Assembly (NCBI GenBank): GCA_022865595.1
Contig: JALHTE010000370.1
Span: 2,657 to 66,656 of the forward strand
Length of the DNA stretch: 64,000 nucleotides
Source: Steroidobacteraceae bacterium
GTDB lineage: Bacteria > Pseudomonadota > Gammaproteobacteria > Steroidobacterales > Steroidobacteraceae
Reading direction: 5' to 3'
Below, piece after piece: positions 19,815 through 28,888 of the stretch. The notes beneath the pieces were generated by a model, which had not been told where the DNA came from, did no database searches, and worked only from the letters and a program-made list of their open reading frames with translations. The translations under genes were made by a program, and so were the position numbers. Position 1 is the first letter of the stretch, and every line of letters begins with the position of its first letter.

Positions 19815-21908
19815 TCACGTGCCGAGCACCACTTCCTCCGGGCTCGAGACGAAGTAGCCCTGCACGAATTCGACGCCGAGCTGCCACAGCACCGCCATCG
19901 TGTTCGCGTCCTCGACGCGCTCGGCGATGGTGGTCGCCTTGGCGGCACGTGCCGTCTCCACCAGCGACTTGACCTGGTCCTGCAGGCGGCGGTCGTTCGC
20001 GAGCCCCTGCATCAGCGCGCCGTCGATCTTGGCGAAATTCGACGGCAGGTGACGCAGGATCTGGGCGGAGTCGCGGCTCGCGCCGAAGTTCTCGATTGCG
20101 AATCCGAACCCGAGGTGCGTGACCAGCGCGCGCAGTTCGCGCGCATCCTTGAGGTGCCTGGTCGCGAGCTCCTCGCCAAGTTCGAAGACGAGCCGGGCGG
20201 GCTCGACACCCGAAGCCTTGATCTGCTGCAGCAGCCAGGTGCCCAGTGTCTGGTCGCGCATGGAATCGTGGGACACGCGCACGAACAACCGGTTCGGCTT
20301 GCGCGCGGCGCAGAACGACATCGCGGCACCGATTACCCAGCGGTCGATGTTCTTCATCAGGTCGGTGCGCTCAGCGGCCGCGAGGAATTCCGACGGCAGG
20401 ACCTCGTTGCCGTTCTCGTCGAGCATGCGCACGACGAGGTCGATCATGGGTTCACCCTCGCCAACCAGGCTGGCGATCGGCTGCTGAACGAGCCGGAAGC
20501 GGTTGGCCATCAGTGCGGCCTTGATCTGCCCGGCCCAGGTGCGGTCCGCTTCGGCGGCAGCCGGATCGACGGCAGACGCGTCGGGCCGCAGCAGCCGGTT
20601 GCCTCCGCTGGCAGCCGCCGCGCGACAGGCGCTCAGCGAATACTCGAGCGCGGCACGCAGGTCCTCGCCGTGTGAACTGAGCGGTGCACAACCCGCGCTG
20701 CAGGGGATGGCCGCGGAGTGCTGTTCGCCGGAGTTGAAGACATGCTCCGCGACGTGCTGCAGCACCTGCGCCACCCAGACCTCCAGGTCGCGCGTATTGC
20801 CGCGTTCGGCGAGGACCGCGAAACACTGCGCGGTGACTCGGCCCGCGATGTCCCCTGGCTGCAGCAGCGAGCACAGCAGCGTGCCGAGTTCGTCAATGAC
20901 GTCCTCGACCGCCAGTGGTCCGAGCTCTGCGCCCAGCGCCGCGAGCTTGTCTGCCTCGAAAGTCACCACGGCACGCAGGCCAGCCTTGAGCGGCTGTGCA
21001 GCGTGGGCGGCAGCCTGCTCGTGGAATGCGGTCCGTTTGAGAAGGCCCGTTATCGCGTCGTAGCGCAGGGCTTCGTCGAGCTGGGCCGTTAGCGACTTGA
21101 GGTCACGCTTCTGGGACGCGATCCGCAGGCGCACGGCCGGTTCGCCCTCGAACTCGAAGCGTTCGAACTCGATGTCTACCGTGAGTTCCTTGCCGCCAGG
21201 CAGCGCGACAATGCAAGCGAGTGAGTGGTCGTTCCAGCGGCCCTGCGAAGCTGCAATCAGCGCGCCCTTGAGAGGCGAGTGACTGCGCTGGTCAAACAGG
21301 TCCATCAGCGGCTGGCCGAGCACGGCGCCGGCGTCCTGCTGGCCGAAAAGTTCGAGCCACGCCGGGTTGATGTCGACCACGATGCCTTCCTGTACGTGCG
21401 CGATCGCATCGGCCGAGCCCGACATGAACGCCTTCATCTGGTCGCGGTACTGCTTCGCGGAGGCGAGCGTGCCGGCGAGCGCCCCGTCGAGCCGCGCCGA
21501 GCGCAGTTCCCGGGCGGCCACCGCCTGGAGTCGCGCGCTGGCGGCCAGTGTCACGACGTCCAGCGCACCGATTTCCATCGCCTGGGCCAGGTCTGACTCT
21601 GCAATCGACTCGCGCACCAGTATGGCCGGCACGTGGGTCGCGTAGCGGTCGCGGACTTCAAGCGCAGTCCTGGCCTCGTCGTAGTCCGTGACGCAGACGA
21701 ATATGAGTTGCGGCAAGGACTGCGCCAGTGCCTCGCCGAATCCGGCAATGTCCCTTGCCCACGCGCAGTGAACGGGTTGCCCCGCATTGCGCAGCGTGCT
21801 GTTGATGGTCTCCACCGGGTCCTGCTGACGGGACAGGACCAGAAGTGGGATGGCTCCGTTGTCGGCCAATCTCGATTCCTCAGCGGTACCGGCCCACCGG
21901 CTCCGCAC
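19815..21908 (-). CDS. FimX-like REC-PAS-GGDEF-EAL protein with degenerate GGDEF and EAL signatures
   Basis: The protein has an N-terminal receiver-like segment (IPLLVLSRQQDP..LRNAG), a PAS segment, a GGDEF position reading TAQCF, and an EAL position reading DLV (QQPIASL...IDLVVRML). The maximal ORF is 697 aa with a GTG start at 21908. A TTG at 21869 has the better Shine-Dalgarno (GAGGAA). Confidence 0.7.
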   Translation of the reverse strand: MRSRWAGTAEESRLADNGAIPLLVLSRQQDPVETINSTLRNAGQPVHCAWARDIAGFGEALAQSLPQLIFVCVTDYDEARTALEVRDRYATHVPAILVRESIAESDLAQAMEIGALDVVTLAASARLQAVAARELRSARLDGALAGTLASAKQYRDQMKAFMSGSADAIAHVQEGIVVDINPAWLELFGQQDAGAVLGQPLMDLFDQRSHSPLKGALIAASQGRWNDHSLACIVALPGGKELTVDIEFERFEFEGEPAVRLRIASQKRDLKSLTAQLDEALRYDAITGLLKRTAFHEQAAAHAAQPLKAGLRAVVTFEADKLAALGAELGPLAVEDVIDELGTLLCSLLQPGDIAGRVTAQCFAVLAERGNTRDLEVWVAQVLQHVAEHVFNSGEQHSAAIPCSAGCAPLSSHGEDLRAALEYSLSACRAAAASGGNRLLRPDASAVDPAAAEADRTWAGQIKAALMANRFRLVQQPIASLVGEGEPMIDLVVRMLDENGNEVLPSEFLAAAERTDLMKNIDRWVIGAAMSFCAARKPNRLFVRVSHDSMRDQTLGTWLLQQIKASGVEPARLVFELGEELATRHLKDARELRALVTHLGFGFAIENFGASRDSAQILRHLPSNFAKIDGALMQGLANDRRLQDQVKSLVETARAAKATTIAERVEDANTMAVLWQLGVEFVQGYFVSSPEEVVLGT

Positions 21909-21990
21909 TGATGCAATAGGCGGGCGGACTATAGCATCGGGCTTTCGGGCCCTAACGTGACGCAGGTGGCAGCCTCGCGCTGACCGGCCG

Positions 21991-22046
21991 GGGGAGGGGA
22001 CATTCTCCCTTTACCTGTGGCGGAAAAAGGAGAATGTCCCCTCCCC
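21991..22046. repeat. 18-bp perfect inverted repeat with 20-nt spacer in the divergent fimX-like/efp region
   Basis: GGGGAGGGGACATTCTCC (21991-22008) pairs with GGAGAATGTCCCCTCCCC (22029-22046). Confidence 0.8.
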
Positions 22047-22051
22047 AAGGG

Positions 22052-22081
22052 CTGACGCGGGAGGGTCGGCGCAGGTACAAT
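22052..22081 (+). promoter_or_regulatory. Candidate efp promoter CTGACG-18-TACAAT
   Basis: A hexamer match seen by eye, about 70 nt upstream of the efp ATG. Confidence 0.25.
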
Positions 22082-22153
22082 TCGCGGCTTGCTCCTGCCG
22101 GGCCAGATGGGCCGGTTCGGGCGCCTCCGCCCACAACTTCCGGTCGCAATACC

Positions 22154-22723
22154 ATGTCCAGCTACAACACGAACGAATTCCGCTCGGGTCTCAAGATCAT
22201 CCTCGACGGCGATCCGTACACGATCGTCGAGAACGAGTTCGTGAAACCGGGCAAGGGCCAGGCATTCAACCGGGTTCGCATCCGCAACCTGAAGAACGGG
22301 CGCACGCTGGAGCGCAGTTTTCGGTCCGGCGAATCGGTCGAAGCGGCTGATGTCGTCGAGTCCGACATGCAGTATCTCTACGCTGATGGCGATTTCTGGC
22401 ACTTCATGGTGCCGGACACCTTCGAGCAGCACACCGCGGGCAAGGAGGCGGTGGGCGACGCGGCCATGTGGCTCAAGGACGGAACGACCTGCAAGGTAAT
22501 GCTGTGGAACGGTGTTCCGCTCGCGGTGGAAGCGCCGGCGCACGTCGAACTCAAGATCGTCGAGACGGACCCGGGCCTGCGCGGCGACACGGCGACCGGT
22601 GGCCAGAAAGCCGCCAAGCTCGAGACTGGTGCGGTGGTGCGCGTGCCGCTGTTCCTGAACGAAGGCGAAGTGATCCGCGTCGATACCCGGACCGGCGGCT
22701 ACCTGTCGCGCGCCAAGGGCTGA
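22154..22723 (+). CDS. efp: Elongation factor P
   Basis: [46 protein letters not shown]... The loop KPGKGQAF carries the conserved lysine that is the beta-lysylation site. Confidence 0.95.
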   Translation: MSSYNTNEFRSGLKIILDGDPYTIVENEFVKPGKGQAFNRVRIRNLKNGRTLERSFRSGESVEAADVVESDMQYLYADGDFWHFMVPDTFEQHTAGKEAVGDAAMWLKDGTTCKVMLWNGVPLAVEAPAHVELKIVETDPGLRGDTATGGQKAAKLETGAVVRVPLFLNEGEVIRVDTRTGGYLSRAKG

Positions 22724-22754
22724 GGCCCGGGCGCATTCGGCGCGCCGGTCGAAG

Positions 22755-23309
22755 TCACCTGAGACGCCCGGTTCCATGTTGAGGCTCCCGGGGACGCCGT
22801 GAACCCGTCCCTGGGGGCTCGCGCGTGGCTTCCACGAAAACCTTCACAAGTGCCTCCAGCCCACGCGCGTCGGCCTCGTCGAAGCGTCCCGGCAGCGGGC
22901 TGTCGAGGTCGAGAACACCGATGAGCCGGTCGCCATCGAGGATCGGTACGACCACTTCCGAGTTCGAGGCCGAGTCGCAGGCGATGTGGCCCGGGAACGC
23001 GTGCACGTCCGCTACGACGACCGTTTCACGTTGCGCGGCGGCGGTCCCGCAAACACCCTTGCCCATCGGGATCCGCACGCAGGCGGGCTTGCCCTGGAAA
23101 GGGCCGACCACGAGGTCTCCTGACCGCGGTTCCACGAGGTAGAAGCCGGCCCAGTTGAGTCCGGGCAGGCTCCAGTAGAGCAGCGCAGCCGTGTTCGCCG
23201 CACAGGCGACCAGGTCGGATTCGCCCGACAGCAGGGCTCGCAGCGATGCCTCGAGTTCGGCGTATGCGCGGGGCTTGTCGTCCGTGGGCAGCGTCTCGAG
23301 CTTGTGCAT
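22755..23309 (-). CDS. GAF-domain protein (free methionine-(R)-sulfoxide reductase MsrC/YebR-like)
   Basis: NWAGFYLV...VGPFQGKPACVRIPMGKGVCGTAA...GHIACDSASNSEVVVPI matches the YebR pattern. The last roughly 20 codons are encoded by a family-1 repeat fragment. Confidence 0.8.
   Translation of the reverse strand: MHKLETLPTDDKPRAYAELEASLRALLSGESDLVACAANTAALLYWSLPGLNWAGFYLVEPRSGDLVVGPFQGKPACVRIPMGKGVCGTAAAQRETVVVADVHAFPGHIACDSASNSEVVVPILDGDRLIGVLDLDSPLPGRFDEADARGLEALVKVFVEATREPPGTGSRRPREPQHGTGRLR
22789..22827 (+). repeat. Family-1 repeat, partial copy overlapping the 3' end of the GAF gene
   Basis: CGGGGACGCCGTGAACCCGTCCCTGGGGGCTCGCGCGTG matches the left half of the core. Confidence 0.65.
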
Positions 23310-23391
23310 GTCGTGTCGTCTCCGGGACCCGGCCTGATCGTGGCATGGGTCGGTTGCTGGATGTAAGGCAGGCGGCGGTCGTGCCCGGTCC

Positions 23392-24366
23392 TCAGGCGCG
23401 CTCGACAGGGAAGGCCACGACCTCGTCGATGCCGCCCGCGCCGCTCGCGACCATCACGACGCGGTCGAAGCCAAGCGCGACGCCGGCGCAGGGAGGTAAT
23501 CCGGCCGCGAGCCCGGCGATGAACCTGCTGTCCGGTTGCCTGTCCGGCTGGCCGCGACGCGCGCGCTCAGCCCGGTCGGCCTGGAAGCGCGCCGACTGCT
23601 CGGACGCATCGCCGAGTTCGTGGAAGCCGTTGGCGAGTTCCAGTTCACCCCAGAATGCCTCAAACCGGGAAGCCACCGGACCGCGGACCTGTGCCAGCGC
23701 GGCCTGCGATGCCGGGAAGTCGTACAGGAACGTGATCGCATCCGACGGGAAGCGCGCGGCGACCAGCGTCGCCATCGCGAGGTCGAGCAGCGAATCGCGC
23801 TCCCGGACGACCGACCCTGGCACGTCGATGCCTGCCGCTGTCAGCGCCTGGTGAAGATCGGCCGTCGCGATGGCAAACGGGTCAATGCCGAGTGCCTGGT
23901 GGAACGCGTCCGAGTAGGTGATGCGCCGCGTCTCGCCGACCTCGCGGGACGGCTCGATGAGCACGCGCAGCAGCTGGTCCACATCATCCATCAACACGTG
24001 GTGGTCGATCCCCAGCCGGTACCACTCGACCATCGTGAATTCGGGGTTGTGCCGCCGGCCGCGCTCTCCCTCGCGAAAGACTCGGCACACCTGGTAGATG
24101 TCGGGCGCCCCGGCGACGAGCAGGCGCTTCATCGCGTATTCGGGCGACGTGTGCAGGAATCCAGCCCGTGCGCCGTCGGCGCGCCTGACTTCCAGCGACT
24201 CGAGGTGCACGTCGGTGACGCCGGCCTGGACCATCACCGGTGTCTCCACTTCGAGCGCGCCGGTCGATGCAAAGTGCGTGCGCACGCGCGCCAGCATCTG
24301 CGCCCGAAGGTGCAGCGTGGCCAGCGACGCCGTGGGCGCCCAGTCCGCAGCGTCCGGTGCCGTCAT
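23392..24366 (-). CDS. epmA: Elongation factor P--(R)-beta-lysine ligase (class II LysRS paralog)
   Basis: A 324-aa protein with LHLRAQMLARVRTHFASTGALEVETP.., PEFTMVEWY and GVALGFDRVVM. It lies close to efp. Confidence 0.87.
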   Translation of the reverse strand: MTAPDAADWAPTASLATLHLRAQMLARVRTHFASTGALEVETPVMVQAGVTDVHLESLEVRRADGARAGFLHTSPEYAMKRLLVAGAPDIYQVCRVFREGERGRRHNPEFTMVEWYRLGIDHHVLMDDVDQLLRVLIEPSREVGETRRITYSDAFHQALGIDPFAIATADLHQALTAAGIDVPGSVVRERDSLLDLAMATLVAARFPSDAITFLYDFPASQAALAQVRGPVASRFEAFWGELELANGFHELGDASEQSARFQADRAERARRGQPDRQPDSRFIAGLAAGLPPCAGVALGFDRVVMVASGAGGIDEVVAFPVERA

Positions 24367-25238
24367 TGCACGCGCGCGAGGGCCTGGCCCATGCGGACCG
24401 CGTCGCCAGGACCCTGTTGACTGCCGAAGCGGATGGCCGGGGTGCCGGCCAGCACCACGACGGTCGAGCCCATGTTGAATCGTCCCAGTTCGGCGCCCCT
24501 GGCTAGCTCGGTGCCGAGGCCCTCGGTGACATCGCGCACGCCGCCGCCACGTGCGTGCGGAGGGTTGATCTCACCCGCATACACGGTCTCGATGCTGCCG
24601 ACGAACAGCGCGCCCACCAGCACCATGGCCAGCGGACCGAGTGCCGTGTCGAATTCGCAGACTACGCGCTCATTGCGCGCGAACAGCCCCGGGATCGCGC
24701 GTGCCGTGGCTGCGTTCACGCTGTAGAGCGCACCGGGCACGTAGCGGGTCGCTACCAGCCGTCCGGCCAGCGGCATGTGGATGCGGTGGTAGTTGTAGGG
24801 CGCGAGGTAGATGCAGGCGAAGGCGCCGTCCGCATAGCGCGCGGCGGCGGCCTCGTCCGCCAGCAGCGCCGCCGGCGAGTAGTGGATGCCCTTGGCCTGC
24901 AGGAGCTGACCGGCGACCACCTGTCCGAGCTGGCTGATCGTGCCGTCCACCGGGGAGACCAGGTCACCGGCCTCGCCCTCGATCACACGCGCGTCTGCGC
25001 GCAGCGCGCGCGTGAAGAACGCATTGAACGATGGGTAGGCGAGCGGATCCGGCTGCCGGGCATCGCGCATCTGTATCTGCGGGTAGCTGCGAAGCACCGA
25101 CCGTATCAGCGTGTTGCGCACCAGCGGATTGGTGCTGCGCGCCAGGCGATGCATCAGCTTCGACAGCGCCTGCTTCGGCAGCAGGTCCTGCAGCAGCGCA
25201 AACGCGCGGTCCGAGGCGCCGGCTTCATCGGGACTCAC
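24363..25238 (-). CDS. psd: Phosphatidylserine decarboxylase proenzyme
   Basis: The 291-aa protein carries the self-cleavage motif FNMGSTVVVL near the C-terminus. Confidence 0.92.
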   Translation of the reverse strand: MSPDEAGASDRAFALLQDLLPKQALSKLMHRLARSTNPLVRNTLIRSVLRSYPQIQMRDARQPDPLAYPSFNAFFTRALRADARVIEGEAGDLVSPVDGTISQLGQVVAGQLLQAKGIHYSPAALLADEAAAARYADGAFACIYLAPYNYHRIHMPLAGRLVATRYVPGALYSVNAATARAIPGLFARNERVVCEFDTALGPLAMVLVGALFVGSIETVYAGEINPPHARGGGVRDVTEGLGTELARGAELGRFNMGSTVVVLAGTPAIRFGSQQGPGDAVRMGQALARVQ

Positions 25239-25873
25239 GACGAAGCCCCTTCGAATGCGAGCAGCTTGCGGTAGTCGTGCGCGATGATCGTCGCGTCATG
25301 CGGCGCGGAGGAGTACGCGACGACGCCGCCCGAAGGCCCGACGACGAAGATGCCCGAGCCATGGTCCATGGTGTAGCCGCCCTCGGGCAGGCTCACCTTT
25401 ACATACGGCACCCTGAATGCGGCAGCCGCTGCGGCGATTGCGTCCGGCGTGCCGGTCGCGCCGAGGAACGCCGGATCGTAGAAGCGCAGGTATGCAGCCA
25501 GGTGCGACGGGTCGTCTCGTTCGGGGTCCACGGTGACGAGCAGCACGCGTGGCCGCTCCTGGTCAGGCAGGTCGGCAAGCTGCCGAGTTGCCTGCGACAG
25601 CGTGGCGAGGGTCGTGGGGCAGATGTCCGGGCAACTCGTGAAACCGAAAAACACGATCGTCCAGTGGCCCTTGAAGAAATCGGCCCCGAGCGGGCGCCCG
25701 TCCTGGCCGATGAGTTCCAGTGCCGGCAGCGTCATCGGTGCCGGCAGCACGGTCGCGCGTTCGGTCTGCGGCAACTCGACCCGCGAAGGCATCAGCAACG
25801 CACGGGCGGCCAGCAGCCCGCCGGCAAACGCTACAATCGCGAGAATGACAATCCTCAAGGGACGAGCTGGCAT
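25235..25873 (-). CDS. SCO1/SenC-family copper chaperone / thiol-disulfide oxidoreductase
   Basis: The motif WTIVFFGFTSCPDICPTTL (CxxxC) is present. An N-terminal membrane anchor follows the ATG chosen at 25873. Confidence 0.85.
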   Translation of the reverse strand: MPARPLRIVILAIVAFAGGLLAARALLMPSRVELPQTERATVLPAPMTLPALELIGQDGRPLGADFFKGHWTIVFFGFTSCPDICPTTLATLSQATRQLADLPDQERPRVLLVTVDPERDDPSHLAAYLRFYDPAFLGATGTPDAIAAAAAAFRVPYVKVSLPEGGYTMDHGSGIFVVGPSGGVVAYSSAPHDATIIAHDYRKLLAFEGASS

Positions 25874-26078
25874 GTCGGGGTACGTGGCCTGCGTCCGGCC
25901 GGACGGGGCCGCAATTATCCCACAATGGAGCGGCGGCGCATGATTGCCACGGCGCCGTTCGTACCATCCCTCCAAATCCTACCCGTTTCATCCGGGGAAC
26001 AATCTCCGCACAGTCGCTTGGCGATTGCCAGCTCGTGCCGTTTCTTAGTAGTGTTTTTCGCCCCGAAGGGATTTCACC

Positions 26079-27029
26079 ATGTTTTTCACCTCTTTCGCTG
26101 TTTTACTCCCAGTTCTTTTTGTCATGATTTTGGGCTATTGGGCGGGGCACAGGGGGAAATTCAGTGCGGACCAGGTAAAGGGTATCAATGACATCGTTCT
26201 CGACTACGCGCTGCCTGCGCTGATGTTCGTGGGCATCGTCCAAACGACGCGTGATGAAATGGCCGCCGAGGTTCCTTTCCTGATCGTGATCTTTCTCGCG
26301 TTTGTCGGACTTTTTATCGTTGTTCTTCTCTTCAGCTTGCGCGTGAGGCGCCATTCCTTGGGCGCTGCGGCGCTGCAAGCAAACCTTGTCAGCCTTCCGT
26401 CTGTTGCATTTATCGGGACACCGATTTTTCGCGGACTGTTCGGCGAGTCGGGGTTGGTTTCCATCACCTTCGCGACCGTGCTCGGGCTGGTGACCATCGT
26501 GCCGCTGACGGTCGTCCTGCTTGAGATTCACGCCAAAAAGGTTTCAGGAGGAGAGACCGACCGCCTTTCGGAGTTGGTCCGCAAGTCGCTTGTCACTAGT
26601 TTCAGGAAACCGATGGTTTGGGCTCCATTGTCGGCAGTCACTCTAACCCTTCTCAATGTTCCCACGCCAAAGGAAGTGGATGACATGCTGGAACTGATCG
26701 GTTCCGCTACTGGAGGTCTATCCCTGTTTCTCGCAGGATTGATTATCGCCGCCTACCGGGTCAGGCTTAGCGGGGAAGTGATCGGGAACGTCCTCGTGAA
26801 GATGAGCGTGCAGCCCTTGCTCATGGTGGCTTTTGTTTCGACGCTCGCCGTCGATGAGTTGCTGGGCCGGCAGGCGATTGTGATCTGCGCGATTCCGTCG
26901 GCGGTTTTGGCGCCTTTGCTCGCGCCGCGTTACCATGTCTACGAAAGCGAGTCCGCCTCCACGCTTGTTCTGACCACCCTGACGATGATCGTCACCCTGC
27001 CCGTCGCGATTTTTCTCACGGGCAGATAG
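26079..27029 (+). CDS. AEC-family (auxin efflux carrier-like) transporter
   Basis: A 316-aa polytopic membrane protein beginning MFFTSFAVLLPVLFVMILGYWAGHRGKF. It lies in the low-GC segment. Confidence 0.8.
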   Translation: MFFTSFAVLLPVLFVMILGYWAGHRGKFSADQVKGINDIVLDYALPALMFVGIVQTTRDEMAAEVPFLIVIFLAFVGLFIVVLLFSLRVRRHSLGAAALQANLVSLPSVAFIGTPIFRGLFGESGLVSITFATVLGLVTIVPLTVVLLEIHAKKVSGGETDRLSELVRKSLVTSFRKPMVWAPLSAVTLTLLNVPTPKEVDDMLELIGSATGGLSLFLAGLIIAAYRVRLSGEVIGNVLVKMSVQPLLMVAFVSTLAVDELLGRQAIVICAIPSAVLAPLLAPRYHVYESESASTLVLTTLTMIVTLPVAIFLTGR

Positions 27030-27086
27030 CCGGATGCGGCTTGCTCGTCGAGTCCCCCACAATCCTCATCAGCCGAACAAATCACC

Positions 27087-27971
27087 ATGTCAAAGGCGAT
27101 AGGAAACGGTCTCTTCTTCGAATATGAAACGTTCGGTTCGAAGGACGACGCGGCCATTGTCTTGATTGCGGGCCTGGGCTTTCAGCTGATTGATTGGCCC
27201 GTCACGTTTTGCGAAACGCTCGCCAATGCGGGCCTTTTCGTGGTGCGGTATGACAACCGCGATATCGGACTGTCGCAGAAATTGGAGGAGAGCGGGCTGC
27301 CTGACCTATCCTCGATTGCAGAGCGGCTGAAATCTGGCGAGACGCCACAGATCCCTTATAGCCTGGAGGATATGGCCGCGGATCTGATAGGACTGTTGGA
27401 TGCCATTTCCCTGAAGTCCGTTCATGTGGCGGGCATGTCCATGGGAGGAATGATTGCGCAACTGATTGCAATTCACCACAGGGACCGGGTGCTGTCCCTC
27501 ACATCGATGATGTCAAGCACGAGCGATCCATCGTTGCCGCCGCCTTCAGCCAAGGCTGCGGCTGTTCTGATGTCCGCCCCCGCCAGCGATGAGTTGGCAG
27601 CAATCGTTGCCTATGGCCTTGAAGTGAATGATGTCATCGGTAGTCCCGGATTTCGCTGGGATCGGGCGGCCCTCAAGGCACATATCGTCGATTGTGTCCG
27701 TCGCAACTACTGCCCTGGTGGCTATATGCGACAATACGCGGCAGTGGAGGCGGCCCAATCCCGGGTAACCATGCTACCGTCCATCACGGCGCCGACATTG
27801 GTGATTCACGGAAGGGAAGACCACCTGATTGCGCCGGAGGCTGGTGAAGAAACGGCACGATTGATACCGGGTGCCAGCCTGGAATTGATCGAGGGAATGG
27901 GTCATGATTTGTCTCCCGCATTGTGCGAGCATCTTGCGGGGCTGATTCTGTCTCATGTGCTCGCCCACTGA
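27087..27971 (+). CDS. Alpha/beta-fold hydrolase
   Basis: The nucleophile elbow HVAGMSMGG is present, a histidine lies near the C-terminus (GMGHDL), and the length is 294 aa. Confidence 0.85.
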   Translation: MSKAIGNGLFFEYETFGSKDDAAIVLIAGLGFQLIDWPVTFCETLANAGLFVVRYDNRDIGLSQKLEESGLPDLSSIAERLKSGETPQIPYSLEDMAADLIGLLDAISLKSVHVAGMSMGGMIAQLIAIHHRDRVLSLTSMMSSTSDPSLPPPSAKAAAVLMSAPASDELAAIVAYGLEVNDVIGSPGFRWDRAALKAHIVDCVRRNYCPGGYMRQYAAVEAAQSRVTMLPSITAPTLVIHGREDHLIAPEAGEETARLIPGASLELIEGMGHDLSPALCEHLAGLILSHVLAH

Positions 27972-28106
27972 TCGACAGCAAGACGGCCGGTCGAAGAGGC
28001 GAATGCCATTCTGGTGAACGAATACTCTTTTGGATGAAGGCTTCCAAAGCGAGTCCGCCTTCGCTCTCATCCTGGTCATCGCAATTCTTTCCGCCAGACG
28101 GCGCCC

Positions 28107-28547
28107 TCAGCGAGCGGCCACCCGTTTCCAAGTCAGGATGGCGATCCAATTTCCGCCGCGAATCAAGACGGGTGGCGTGGTTAAATAGAGGATGTCGTCC
28201 AGGATCCTGGCGTAGCGCACCTGCGCCGAGCCTTCCCAATTTGGAAAGCGCGCAACTTCAGCATGATGCGTGACAGTGCCGCTCTTTTTATCGAAATCGT
28301 AGGGTCCGGCATAGGCATCGAAGCCCTCGAAGGCTTGCTTGATCTCATCCGGCGTACCATTTCCAAAATCACCCGAGCCAAACTTGGGACGACCATTCCG
28401 CATCAGGACGGCCGCCATGTAGCCATCTGCCGTGTAGGTCAGGAATCCTCGCGGCGAGTCGCCCAGTGGCAACATCACAGCGCCGCCGGAACTTCGTGCC
28501 TGAGCGGATTCAAGTGACCATGTCCCAATGAGATCCTTGGCATTCAT
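28107..28547 (-). CDS. Lipocalin-like domain protein (PF13924-like)
   Basis: LIGTWSLES...GFLTYTADGYMAAVLM...HHAEVARFPNWEGSAQVRY...LTWKRV matches the family pattern as I recall it. An AGGAAG RBS is present. Confidence 0.75.
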   Translation of the reverse strand: MNAKDLIGTWSLESAQARSSGGAVMLPLGDSPRGFLTYTADGYMAAVLMRNGRPKFGSGDFGNGTPDEIKQAFEGFDAYAGPYDFDKKSGTVTHHAEVARFPNWEGSAQVRYARILDDILYLTTPPVLIRGGNWIAILTWKRVAAR

Positions 28548-28888
28548 AACTTCCTGAAATTCCCTTTCGGATTGCCTGTCGATAATTAGGGTCTGTTTCT
28601 CCGGATCAAATCAAGCCCTGTTTTGGGCCTTATTTCGAGATGCCATGGAGATTGACACCGGACCCGCCGGGACTCGGTCCCAGCAATTGAATCCAGCCCC
28701 AGGGTTGTGATCGCGCCCGACGAAGGCGTTGTCGGCGCCGCCACGGTTTTAGAGCATCGGCTTGCGTTAGAACCTGCCGCAGCAAAGGCGTTGTTGGCGA
28801 TCGAATCACCGAATGATCCCATGCTGCGACCGGTGTTCAATCGGTAGGTAAGCCTTTAAGCTATTTGCTTCACACCAAGGTTCTCCGC

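Noticed and set aside
28586-28840. An 84-aa minus-strand ORF in the non-coding tail of the low-GC islet, with a GDSL-like N-terminal block (SFGDSIANN).
   Set aside because: It has no convincing RBS, and the remaining SGNH hydrolase blocks are absent. At best it is a decayed gene remnant. The evidence is insufficient to call a gene or pseudogene.
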